From Octopus bimaculoides (Eukaryota): a stretch of DNA of 64,000 nucleotides. The translations under genes were made by a program, and so were the position numbers. The notes beneath the pieces were generated by a model. It was given only the letters and a program-made list of their open reading frames with translations, had not been told where the DNA came from and searched no databases. The stretch lies in assembly GCF_001194135.2 (NCBI RefSeq), contig NC_068985.1, forward strand, positions 81,023,249 to 81,087,248, written 5' to 3'. Positions 13,241 to 24,745 of this stretch are shown piece by piece (positions within the stretch are counted from its first letter, which is position 1; each line of letters begins with the position of its first letter).

Positions 13241-13684
13241 TTCTAACAAAATAGAATTGAAGAGTGTGACTGATTTAATAAAACAACCAAGCTATATTTA
13301 TTTTTTATCAATTCCTGTGTAATGAATAGCAAAATCAACCCCAGTGAAATCAAAATATATAGGGATATTTTGGTTTATGTCATGTATAGAGGACCATGAA
13401 TACAACAGTTTCAACATGAAACAAGTAGAATACTGGGGCCAAATATGGCCATTTTAAATGAGAAAGGGTTAAAGCATTAGAGTCAAGTTTCAGTCTGAAT
13501 TCTAGCCTTCCTCCCAACAGCCCCCCACCACCACCAAAATAAAATCTGTAAGTACTGTCCCTCCTCAGATGGTGATTTGATAAAGAGAAAAAAAAGGAGA
13601 AAAATATTTACTAGAAAACTTCTTAATATTTTTATCAAATGAAATTGAATTGCTGAATTTGAATAGAAAAATACCCTTTATGCC

Positions 13685-14098
13685 TTACTTGTTTCAGTCA
13701 CTGGACTGTAGCCATGCTGGAGCACCACCTTGAAGAATTTTTAGCTGAATAAATCGACCCCATGTTTATTTTTTTTTAAGTCTGGTACTCATTTTATTTA
13801 TCTCTTTGCCCAAACTGCTGTTATGTCCCCATAAACAATCCAGTACTGGTTGTCAAGCAGTGGTGGGGGACAAACACTGACATAAAGACACACACACACA
13901 CACACATATACATATATGTATATGGATATATATGACTGGCTTCTTTCAGTTTCCATCTACCAAATCCACTCACAAAGGCTTTGGTCAGCCAGAGGCTATA
14001 ATAGAAGATACTTGCCCAAGGTGCCACATTGTGAGATTGAACCCAGAACCAAGTGATTTAGAAGCAAGCTTCTTACCACACAGCTCTGCATGCACCTA
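13685..14098 (-). mobile_element. SINE family A, full length
   Basis: Reverse complement of 6765-7135 and 52105-52480. Confidence 0.85.
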
Positions 14099-14114
14099 TA
14101 TATGTTGTTAAGAA

Positions 14115-14430
14115 ACTTGTCGTGGTGTGTAGCCAGGGGGCTGTTGGTAGTGGTGTGCAGTCAGGAGACTAATGATGGTGGTGGGTGTGGTCTGTTGTGA
14201 AGAAGCTAATGGTTGTGGTAGTGTCTAATCAAAAGACAAATGGCAGAGGCTGTGGTCAGGAGGCTAATGGTAGTGGTGTGCTGTGACTTGTGGCAGTGGT
14301 GGTCAAAAGGTAGTAGTTTTGGTATGTGGTCAGGGCACGCATGATGATGGTGTGTGGGAAAGAGTGTAGTAATGGTGAATAGCCAGGAGACTAATAGTGT
14401 TGTGTGAGGATGAGAGATTAGTGGTGGGCA
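14115..14430. repeat. Degenerate GT-rich minisatellite (~30-bp unit, tggtgtg..gtcaggaggctaatggtag)
   Basis: Recurring ccagg/tcagg-ctaat-ggtag motif. Confidence 0.55.
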
Positions 14431-15109
14431 GTATATTGTCTTGTAACTAGTATAGTTCTGTTGTCAAGTGGGCACTGATGGTCTGCATTACCAAAAGTTG
14501 GTTCAAAAAGAGTGAAAAGTGAAGTCGTTATGCCATGAATGGCTAATTGTTTCAAAAACACAAATATTCTCTACTTTCCATGCCATATTAATATCTTCCA
14601 TTTTTTAAATGTTTGGAAGCATTTGTAAATTTTATCATTTTTCTTTTGATGTATATTGGTCAACGACCATCACAGTCCAGCTCACAAACTATGATGAGGA
14701 ATCTATGTGGTCATTCAAACCAGTTGAAATAACTAGCAATTTCCAAATCATACCCACCAGTTTTTAAAAGGAAGAAAGGCATATTGATAGCTGTAGCCTA
14801 AGATACATTATATTTGAAATGACAAGATGTCTATGGCTTGAACAACTTTGATCATAAGTATGACTGACCAAGACTGACTTAGGGTTAAATAGTAACAGCA
14901 ATGAGAAAACCACTATCAAAATGTTCAACCTGCTAGAAATAGCTGTGTAATCTCTTTGAAATGCTCTGTTAAAAATAGAAGGATATCAGATGATCTAGCT
15001 GTAGATATAAATTGTCTGTAAAATGATAGGAGGGTCATTGCTGGAATTCTTTTGAACATAGGAACACATGATCAAATCTGATTTGGGTGGTAAAAAATGA
15101 TAATAACAG

Positions 15110-15345
15110 TAATCCTTTCTACCATAGGCACAAGGCCTGAAAATTTTTTTTTTTGTGGGATGGTGGTGGGGTAAGTTGATTACAGCAACCCCAGTACTTG
15201 ACTGGTACTTAATTTATCGACCCTGAAAGGATGAAAGGCAAAGTCGACCTCTGCAGAATTTGAACTCAGAATGTAGCAAACGGGCAAAGTACCGTTAAGC
15301 ATTTCATCCAGTGTGCTAACGATCCTGCTAGCTCGCTAACTTGAT
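15110..15345 (-). mobile_element. SINE family B
   Basis: Reverse complement of the B consensus. Confidence 0.85.
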
Positions 15346-15511
15346 GATAATAATAATAATTATAATAATACCAGCATCTACCACATTTTGAGCTCTGTCA
15401 TAATAGAATAGTTTGTAAGAGAACAGTGTAGATAGAATCATGTGCCAGAGATATTAATTCTGGAGTCAGATCACTTTGATTTGATTTTAAAGAGTTTTAG
15501 ACTGCATTTTA

Positions 15512-15542
<31 letters not shown>

Positions 15543-16044
15543 AAAAATTAACCTAAAATAAAACAAGTAAACCTATAAACAAAGAAACATCTTCTAGCTG
15601 TAATCAAGATGCTTTGGTAGTTTAGTACTTTTCATAGGAAATAATGATATGCACAGAGTTATTAAGTTTGATTGATTTGAATATATATCAACAGATAATC
15701 TTTACCTTGTCTTCTTTCATTTTTTGTTTTTGTTTCCTAAATCAGCTATATTTGTTTTGTTTTGTTTTTATTTCATTTAAGAATATTGATCTCATTATTG
15801 ATTCCATGTATATACAAAAATTATGGTTAATATTGTATCTTGATCTATTGGTGAAAATTTATGTTGTATATTTCATGAGACTTGGTTGTATGACAATCTG
15901 AAACTTGGCCTACTTATCAGTATAAGTTTTATGATGGATACAAAGTGTAATTAACACTTGAGCCACTGGCTCAGTGACTGTATGATTTTATGACACTTAG
16001 TGATTGACGATGGATAAATGAGAGGTGAATAACAGCTCCAACAT

Positions 16045-16320
16045 CACATCATCATCATCGTCATCATTTAACATCTGTTTTCTATGCTGGTATTGATTGG
16101 TTCGATGGTTTGACTGGAGCTAGTAAGCTCGAGAACTGTATCAGGCTCCAGTCCATTTTGGCTTGGTTTCTGTGGCCGGAAGCCCCTCTTAATGTCAACC
16201 ACTCTACTGAGTCTGCTGGATGTCTTTTACGTGTCATCAGCATGGGTGCCTCTTATGTGTTACCAGCACCGGCCACAACCATGATTTCACTTAGCTTGAC
16301 TTGTCTTCTCAAGCATAACA
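16045..16320 (-). mobile_element. RTE 3'-UTR fragment
   Basis: Homologous to 200-560. Confidence 0.8.
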
Positions 16321-16536
16321 AATTGCCAGTAGTTCCAGTCACTAGGCTGAGATGACAGTCACAGTAATGTGTAATAGCTTTTGAACGCATCAGATTTTAT
16401 TTTTTTACTTGTTTCTGTCATTGGATTGCAGCCAAGCTGGGGTACAACTTTGAAAGAATTTTAGGTTATCAAATCACCATCAGTACTTAATCTTTTAAGT
16501 TTGATACCTTTTCTATTGCACTCTTCTTAGGAGGAC

Positions 16537-16830
16537 TGCTAAGCATCAGGATTGTTGATATTGCAGCTCTTTCTGAAACAAGATTTTCAGATGAAGATCA
16601 CCTTGTCAAAAGAGCAGCAGGTTTCACATTATTCTGAGTTGGGAAGCCGAGGGGAGAGAAAAGGGAAGGTGGTGTTGGGTTTGCAATTAGAAGTGATTTG
16701 CGAAAAGATCTAGAACAACCACAAAGGATAAATACACGTATAATGAAACTCTGGATCCCTCTTTCTTGTGGACATTTTGTAACTGTTTTTTCTATCTATG
16801 CTCCTACACTTTCAGCTAGTTCTGAAGAGG
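16537..16830 (+). mobile_element. RTE (BovB-like) AP-endonuclease fragment
   Basis: Reads 'VDIAALSETRFSDEDHLVKRAAGFTLF*VGKPRGEKREGGVGFAIRSDL...RINTRIMKLWIPLSCGHFVTVFSIYAPT'. Confidence 0.85.
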
Positions 16831-17024
16831 AAGACCAACCATTACAGTCTTTTCTGTGTTGAAGATTGTCTGGAAAGATAATCAGTTATGGCAAAGCCTA
16901 GTATTTCTAGATAAAGCAAATATGCTCTTGGTAAAGTATTTCATATTTCCCTGCACAAAATATAAGCAGTTGTTCCTAATCAAACTATTATTTATATATC
17001 TTATTATTAACTCTGTTTTAGGTA

Positions 17025-17402
17025 CAGATGTGTCTGTCCAGTAAGCAGTTTTCTTCCTAACCATATGGTTCTGGGTTCAGTCTCACTGCATGAAACTTTG
17101 AACGAGTGTCTTCTACTATAGCCTCAGGTTGACCAAAGCCATGTGACAGGATTTGGTGGATGGAAACTTTAAGAAGCCTGTCATATATATAAAGGTGGCA
17201 AGCTGGCAAAATCATTAGCGAAATGCTTAGTGCTATTTCATTTGCTGCTACATTCTCAGTTCAAATTCTGCCAAGGTTGACTTTGCCTTTCATCCTTTCA
17301 GGATCGATAAATTAAGTACCAGTGGAGCACTAGGGTCAATGCAATTGACTGGTCCCCTGCCACCAAATTTCAGGCCTTGTGCCTTAGTAGAAAGGATTAT
17401 TA
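17025..17402 (+). mobile_element. SINE A 5' half followed directly by SINE B
   Basis: Both consensus heads are recognisable. Confidence 0.8.
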
Positions 17403-18639
17403 GCTTTGTTGCATTAGTCTCTAGTCTGACTTGGTCTTTAGATTTAATTGTAGGATATTCTTGACAATAATATTTGTTAATTTTCTCCATACCTTTTTGT
17501 TTGGCTATTGTTTGCTCTGCATGAATATAGCTTCAAGGCTTCAGAATAAGAATGGAATTTTTACTGAGAGAAAATAAAAGACACACTGTGAATGAAAGGT
17601 GTGAAATGTCTCAACAAACCAGCTCAGAGGGAAGTCACTGATATGGAGGAAATATATTATACATGGGAATGGGTGTTTAAAGAAATAGAATTATAGAGAT
17701 GGTGGACTCAGGTTACAGTAATTAAAAGCAAGACAAAAGTGATAATGCAAATTGATATAGGTATGGTGGGTATGTTTTAAAGTGAATACGACACTGGTCA
17801 AGAAGGTGTAAAAAAAGCCATAGGACACTGCAGTAACAAAGAAGAGATATAAGGTAAAGAAAATGAGATTTGGGATCAAAGTTTGAAGCTAGTTTGTCAT
17901 GTCAAGTTTTGACTATCAAACAAATATCTATGAGAAACTCATTCAATAGCAATTGATAATTTGGAAATAAATTCTTTACATTTTTAAATTCTTATTTTTG
18001 GATTTAAACAAACAATCTATAATGATATTTGTGTGCATTTACAAATAAGATCCTATTAACACATTACCAAAGCCTTGACTAAAATCTTAGGTGTCATAAG
18101 TAAAAGGGTTGTTCTCATCTTTTGGTAAATGGTATGCTATTATTTCCTCATAAGGATAAAGAAATTATGTGATAATTATATATTCATGAAATTATCATTT
18201 GTGGTAAAGATTCTAGGTGTCAGAAGTAGGATGGAAAATATTTGTAGGTGTAACTTTGGAAGAAAATCTATTAGATAATTAAATATGGCATTGAAAACTT
18301 GAAATATCAAATAAAAAAAATATGAATAATAAAAAGAAAACTAAAAACCAAAAGAAGGAAGGAAAATTTTTATTTTAGAAGTCTTGATTTTGTTTCAGCT
18401 GATCTCAAATTAGTAAACCTGACTAAATAGCTGAAAATCAATTATCAACAATTATATTTTTGATAGCAGAAACTTTCCAAGCAAATATACTGTTCCTAGT
18501 TCTTTTTGTTTTTTATTCTGAATTTGTTGTACCAAATTAGATGCTATATTACTTTTTGTTCATTATTTTAATCTTAGTGACCAAAATATATGTACCTTCA
18601 CTGTGTATGTATATATATATGTGTGTGTTTGTGTATCTT

Positions 18640-19030
18640 TTATCTTTCACTTGTTTCAGTCTTTACACTGTGGCCATGCTGGAGCATTGCCTTGGAAAAG
18701 TTTTTAATCAAATTAATCGACCCCAGTACTTAGTTTTTTTTTAAAGCCTGCTACTTATTCTATTAGTCCCTTTTTGCCAAACCGCTAAGTTACAGGGACG
18801 TAAACACACTAGCATTGGTTGTCAAGTGGTGGTGGGGGATGAACACAGACACAAAGGCACATGCACACACACTCACACACATACACATGATAGGCTTCTT
18901 TTAGTTTCCCTCCATCAAATTCACTCACAAGATTTTGGTCAGCTTGAAGCTATAGTAGAAAACACTTGTCCAAGGTACCACTCAGTGGGACTGAAGCTAG
19001 AATCATGTGGTTGGGAAGCAAGCTTCTTCT
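18640..19030 (-). mobile_element. SINE family A, full length
   Basis: Reverse complement of the A consensus. Confidence 0.85.
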
Positions 19031-19499
19031 TAAATGAAAATATTATTGACAGTGACTTCAAACTTTTGGTCAGTTAAGCCATCATCACTCTGTGATGCAT
19101 TGAAGTTAATCTTGGCTATATATAGTCTCTGTTGAGTTAAAATTTTCTTGGGTATTTGGGTTTGAGTGGAATGATAATTAGGTTTAGGGTGGGTTGTGAA
19201 AGAGAAATACTTTGGAGAAAATTTGGGATTATATTATTGTTTGGAATTTATTCATGTATATAGAACTTTTTAAGCAAGTGTGTATGTGCTTGTAAAAGTA
19301 TGTACGTAAAACGTATGTATGTGTTTGCTGTATCGTTTCTTGTACTGGTTTGCTGTAGATCCTATAAATGTAGATATAATAGTTGGTGTCATGTTCATGG
19401 TTATCATTGCACTAAATATTTCTTGAGATATAGATTCTTTCAAGAGAGCAGGATGAAGATGTTCTACTATTGCAATTGTTATTATGTGTGTCATTTAGG

Positions 19500-19850
19500 T
19501 TTTACCTTTTAGACATTTTTTTTTTTTTGTAATTGGTTACAATTTTTCTCAAAGTTGTTGGTAGTGGAGTATGGCAATATTATGTTGTGTTTGTTTATTA
19601 TTTAGTAGTATTTGTGGTTGGGATAGAAGTGTTTTTGCTGTATTTTAAAAAATAATTTAACTATTGGTGTGGAGACTTGTATGTTGAAGGAGGGATTAAG
19701 CCAGATGATTTTCCTTTTTCTATTCTTATGCATTTTATTTGTTGTGGGAGGTTTGTTTTTACGTATAGCACTTTTTCCTTGTAACTTTTGTTATTGAGAA
19801 CTTTATTATATGGGGTTGCTACTTCGTTTAGATTTTTTGATGTTATTATT
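19500..19850 (-). mobile_element. Penelope-like element ORF fragment (region between RT and GIY-YIG)
   Basis: Frameshifted 'EVATPYNKVLNNKSYKEKVLY', 'KNRKRKIIWLNPSFNIQVSTPI' and 'PYSTTNNFEK', matching the PLE motif RKRKIIWFNPP. Confidence 0.75.
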
Positions 19851-19904
19851 ATTATTATCATTATCATCATCATCATCATTATTATTATTATTATTATTAT
19901 CATT

Positions 19905-20130
19905 ATCATCATCATCATCATCATCGTTTAACGTCCGCTTTCCATGCTAGCATGGGTTGGACGATTTGACTGAGGACTGGTGAAACCGGATGGCAACACC
20001 AGGCTCCAGTCTGATTTGGCAGAGTTTCTACAGCTGGATGCCCTTCCTAACGCCAACCACTCAGAGAGTGTAGTGGGTGCTTTTACGTGTCACCCGCACG
20101 AAAACGGCCACGCTCGAAATGGTGTCTTTT
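19905..20130 (-). mobile_element. Young RTE 3'-UTR fragment with (GAT)n tail
   Basis: Homologous to 200-560; CpGs retained. Confidence 0.85.
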
Positions 20131-20252
20131 ATGTGCCACCCGCACAATTATTATTATTCAGGTCACTGCTTGGAATCGAACTCAGAATCTCGGGGNNNNN
20201 NNNNNCGAAAACGGCCACGCTCGAAATGGTGTCTTTTATGTGCCACCCGCAC

Positions 20253-20328
20253 AATTATTATTATTCAGGTCACTGCTTGGAATCGAACTCAGAATCTCGG
20301 GGTTAGTAGCCCGTGCTCTTAACCACTA
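20253..20328 (-). mobile_element. Head of tRNA-derived SINE family 'F', inverted relative to the next copy
   Basis: Near-perfect reverse complement of 20342-20420. Confidence 0.85.
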
Positions 20329-20330
20329 CA

Positions 20331-20578
20331 GGCTTATGGCTTAGTGGTTAAGAGCACGGGCTACTAACCCCAGGATTCTGAGTTCGATTCCAGGCAGAAA
20401 CCTGAACAATAACAATAATAATAACATCGAAAAATACCTTAGGAATGAGAACCCAAGTTCGAAATTTCCCCAAGACACCTGATGAAAGCTGGAGGGTATA
20501 TCAGCTGAAACATTGTGTTAACAACAAACAAGATGAGGACAAATATCCATCAAATGTAAATTATGTAAATAATGTATT
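20331..20578 (+). mobile_element. tRNA-derived SINE family 'F' with a hammerhead-like 3' part
   Basis: A box tggcttagtgg, B box gagttcgattcc, tRNA-like arm gggctactaacccc; (ATGTAAAT)n-like tail. Confidence 0.8.
20474..20519 (+). ncRNA. Minimal type I hammerhead ribozyme motif (probably mutated)
   Basis: gacac-CTGATGA-a-agctg[gagggtatat]cagct-GAAA-C-A-T-T-gtgtt; stems I and II pair and the core is intact except at position 16.2. Confidence 0.6.
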
Positions 20579-21139
20579 TCCCTTTCAAATTGAATTGTTT
20601 ATTGTTTTTTTATTTACCAAATAAATAATGAAAAGGAAGTGTCCTTTATGGTATTTTGTATTTCTAAACGTATGCTTCAGAATTTGAATTGGTTACCTTT
20701 AAGACTAATGTAAATATCTTAAGAATTTGCATTGAAAATGTGTATTTTTTTTTCTAGCTGCTTTAAAGAAAAGACATTGATAATATTGTGGTTACAGTTC
20801 CCATTATTTACATTTATTGAAGGTTTGCTAAATCCCTTTATGTTATAAGAGGTTAGTCTGTCTGTACTTACTATCCTCTTTTACATACTATTTTACTTAC
20901 ATACAACGGATCATTGATCATGATTTTCACAGTATTTTTTTTAATGATTTTGTTATACTTAGGGAGCTGATATAAATATTTAGTTGAAGCTTCAAAGAAA
21001 AGCTTTGCTGTTAGTATTTTTACAGCAGTATTAATTGTGTTGCTATATGATATTGTTTTGCATTTTCTGTTCTGCAATTGTTAGTTGGCCTATTGTTTAC
21101 ATTGTAATCAATTATAGAGTGAGTACAATTTATATATAT

Positions 21140-22282
21140 ATACCATAAAAACCCATGTAATTTTCACATCTGTGTAATTTATGCAGGTGATTTTCAGGAT
21201 AACAATTGTTAAAAAAAGCTTCTACTTATGTAAAATTCACACCCAAAAGTTTTCAGAATTGCTGATATGTGATCAAATCATGATCACAGGAAAAGTTGTT
21301 GATAATTTTTATCAACAAAAACAAAGCTGATAAATATGCACGTGTTGCAAAATAAGTTCAATTACCAATAAACATCAACTTAGATGACACTTTACTCAAC
21401 CGACAGAGGAAGGTAACCGATCAAACTTATTATGTAAACAGAATTCTGATTGGTCGAAAGTGTCTTCTTGTCTCAAGCTCTGATTTTCTGCCTATTCTTG
21501 TTGGAACCTTTGATACAGAGTATCGAATTTTAATCCCTTTCACACTTATAAAATGTCAAGCAAACTTTAAAATTTGTCATTACCATTTTAGCCAGGAGAC
21601 AAAACTGATAGTTTGGTAACCCACTAAAATAAACATTAAAAATCAAAAGGAGAAAATAAACAGCTTTGCAAGTTTAACTCAGTGTTTATTGAACAAGAGA
21701 GGCGTGAAATTTAAGGTGCAACTTGTCAGAATATACTCGTCTGCAAGGAGACAAACAAGAATACCAAAAATCTACTATACCAAAGGAACTGGTAATACAT
21801 ACATTAAAAGTGCTGTATGAAGAGAACATAAGATTGCTGCATAATTCAACATGAATGTGAAATGACATCAAACATCGTATAAGGTAAATGAAGGTTTTTA
21901 AGGAAATTGCAGGGCTTCATTGCGATAGGTAGAAACTCCAAGCAATGTAAAATATGGCCCAGACCATGATTATCAGCATGAATGTCAAACTTCAAAAAGT
22001 AGCCAACCATTTAATGGTTTCAGTAAATTTATGCAGAAAAAGTAAGCGTTATACCATCTAGCATAAATAAAAGTCAACTTCATTGTATTTTTTTTTTGTA
22101 AAAACCTATTCTGACATTAAATGAGTCAACTTCCCATTTGAATGTTTACATTTGTATGTCATTTTTTCAGCAAAAAACAATTCTAAAAAAGTTCTGGAAA
22201 TAATCAACTCATATAGTTTGTGTACCTACTAAAGTTTATTTTTGTTTTTGCAAAAAATGTGTGTAAATTACATGAGTTTTTA

Positions 22283-22288
<6 letters not shown>
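21140..22288 (+). mobile_element. Decayed pogo/Tc2-like DNA transposon derivative
   Basis: Imperfect TIRs (ccataaaaacccatgtaattttcac / gtgtaaattacatgagtttttactg) in TA context; BrkDBD-like 'TLKVLYEENIR/IAA*FNMNVK' at ~21790-21870. Confidence 0.6.
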
Positions 22289-22321
<33 letters not shown>

Positions 22322-23340
22322 CAATGTCATTAAATATTTACTTATTAGTAATTAGGTATGAAAATTGCAGAGATATGGTTTTAACAATATTATTTATTAA
22401 ATTTTTGCAGTGGTTTGAAGGAAACAGTTGAGATTTTGATTTTGCTTATACTAAGTGTAATATAAAGAATTATTTTGAGTTATATCTTGGAAATTTGAAT
22501 CTGAAATATGGTTAGTGATTTTTAATCTGTGTTCATGGAAGAACAGATGTAGTCCTTTCCCTGAACATCTAAATAATAACAGCAAAAAGAAGCTGATATG
22601 GTATAATCCACTATTTGGCTTCAATGTTTGCTCCAGTATTGTCTATTCTCTCTTAGACTTTTGATGAACAAACATTTTCCTTCTAAGTTTGATAAAATTT
22701 TAAAAATTAATAGCATTATGCTGAGTTACAATTGTACTGATAATTCCTTTTCTTAGCTAGAATTAATATAAGAGAAATGTATACATAAACAAAATTTGAA
22801 CCTACAATCTATTTGCTTGCTTGCTATACCCATCTCCTAAATAGTAAATACCTTCATAAAAATTGTTATATTCTACACAAAGGTCTCAGCCTATAATGAT
22901 AAAAGTAGTTTTGTTGGTTTTAAAAATATTACTTTGAAATCCAAGTATAACTAGCAATATTTTCATTTAAACATGAAAGAAAAAAGAAGTACAACCCTCT
23001 CCAATCACATCCTGTATCTGAAGGACAATGGTATTCATAATTACAGTATTGACTTGTCTGCACCTATGGTTTCAAATATCTCTTCCCCTCTATCATATGA
23101 TCAGCACAACCATTACAACTTCTAGATTCAAATTAAGGATTGATCTCTTCAGGTTCTCATCAAATAAAGTTTATATTTATGACATTCTCACTACGAAATA
23201 AACACCATTCTTCACCATTGTAAGATCTTACCTCTCATCTTTCTACACTTATGAGAACTTCAGATCTTACGATAATTTGCCAGTTTTTTACACTACCATG
23301 TTTCATCTATTTGTTTTTCTGTCATATAGTCTTCCACAGT

Positions 23341-23722
23341 GGAGGCGCAATGGCCCAGTGGTTAGGGCAGCAGACTTGCGGTCATAGGATCGCGGTTTTG
23401 ATTCTCAGACCGGGCGTTGTGAGTGTTTATTGAGCGAAAACACCTAAAAGCTCCACGAGGCTCCTGCAGGGGATGGTGGCAAACCCTGCTGTACTCTTTC
23501 ACCACAACTTTCTCTCACTCTTACTTCCTGTTTCTGTTGTACCTATAATTCAAAGGGTCAGCATTGTCACACTGTGTCATGCTGAATATCCCCGAGAACT
23601 ATGTTAAGGGTACACGTGTCTGTGGATTGCTCAGCCACTTGCACGTTAATTTTATGAGTAGGCTGTTCCGTTGATCGGATCAACTGGAACCCTCGACGTC
23701 GTAAGCGACGGAGTGCCAACAA
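23341..23722 (+). mobile_element. tRNA-derived SINE with a distinct head and the family-D 3' module
   Basis: A box tggcccagtgg and degenerate B box; 23545-23720 matches 11160-11337. Confidence 0.85.
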
Positions 23723-24099
23723 CAACAAGTCTTCCACATTACTGTCTTTTGCCAGTAAATTCATATTATAGACACGTTTTTAGAGAATTGGACTGGTTAA
23801 TTTTAAACTGGGTCCACTCCTGTCAACAACCACACAAAGACATAGAGGTACTGTCACCTACTGAGGTAGTAGTCATGGTGATGCACATGTGACCCTAAGC
23901 AACAGTTTGTCAAGAAACCATACAAAACTCCTACATGAGATAATCCACATGATATTGTAGCATACCTCAATACTGCCTTACATACCTCTGTTTATCGCTT
24001 TATATATTTATACATATAGCAAAATGCTAGTTGAGATCACTCAGGCATCACCATGGTTATTACCATAATAGATGATAGTATCCCTGTGAGTATGTGGGC

Positions 24100-24121
24100 A
24101 TGTGTGTGTGTGTGTGTGTGC

Positions 24122-24197
<76 letters not shown>

Positions 24198-24526
24198 TAG
24201 AATCATGCTTAAACATATATGCACACAACCACTTTGACAGTGAAATTAAATCATTGTATCACTATGCTATTAACCCACACACTAACTAGAATACTTCCAG
24301 GTATTTATATATTCATGCACATATGCATGTGGACAGGCTATAATATACATTCACCTTTTCTCTTGTGTGTATTTACTATCCATTTATGAGACATATGAAT
24401 ATGAATGAGTGTGATTCATGCAAAGAAACACAATCTCTTTCCTGCCACTGTCATCTGGGTAGGTTAAAATCATTATAAACAGGGATTTTGTGTTTGTGCA
24501 TGTGTGTGTGTGTGTATGTATGTATG

Positions 24527-24564
<38 letters not shown>

Positions 24565-24745
24565 ATATGTATTATATGTATATATATGGACATGTATGTA
24601 TATGTATATACATTTATATGTATGTAAATGTATATATATGTATATGTAAATATATCTGCGTATCTATCTATCTATATATATATATATATATATAAATACA
24701 CATATTATACATACATACATACATATACATATATATATATATTTA
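24100..24745. repeat. Compound (TG)(TA)(GA) microsatellite blocks
   Basis: Direct reading. Confidence 0.9.

Noticed and set aside
20097-20302. Exact ~100-bp duplication
   Set aside because: It also straddles a 10-N gap; assembly artefact.
20951-20975. Ankyrin-like 'GADINI' after an acceptor-like AG
   Set aside because: All three frames stop within a few codons.
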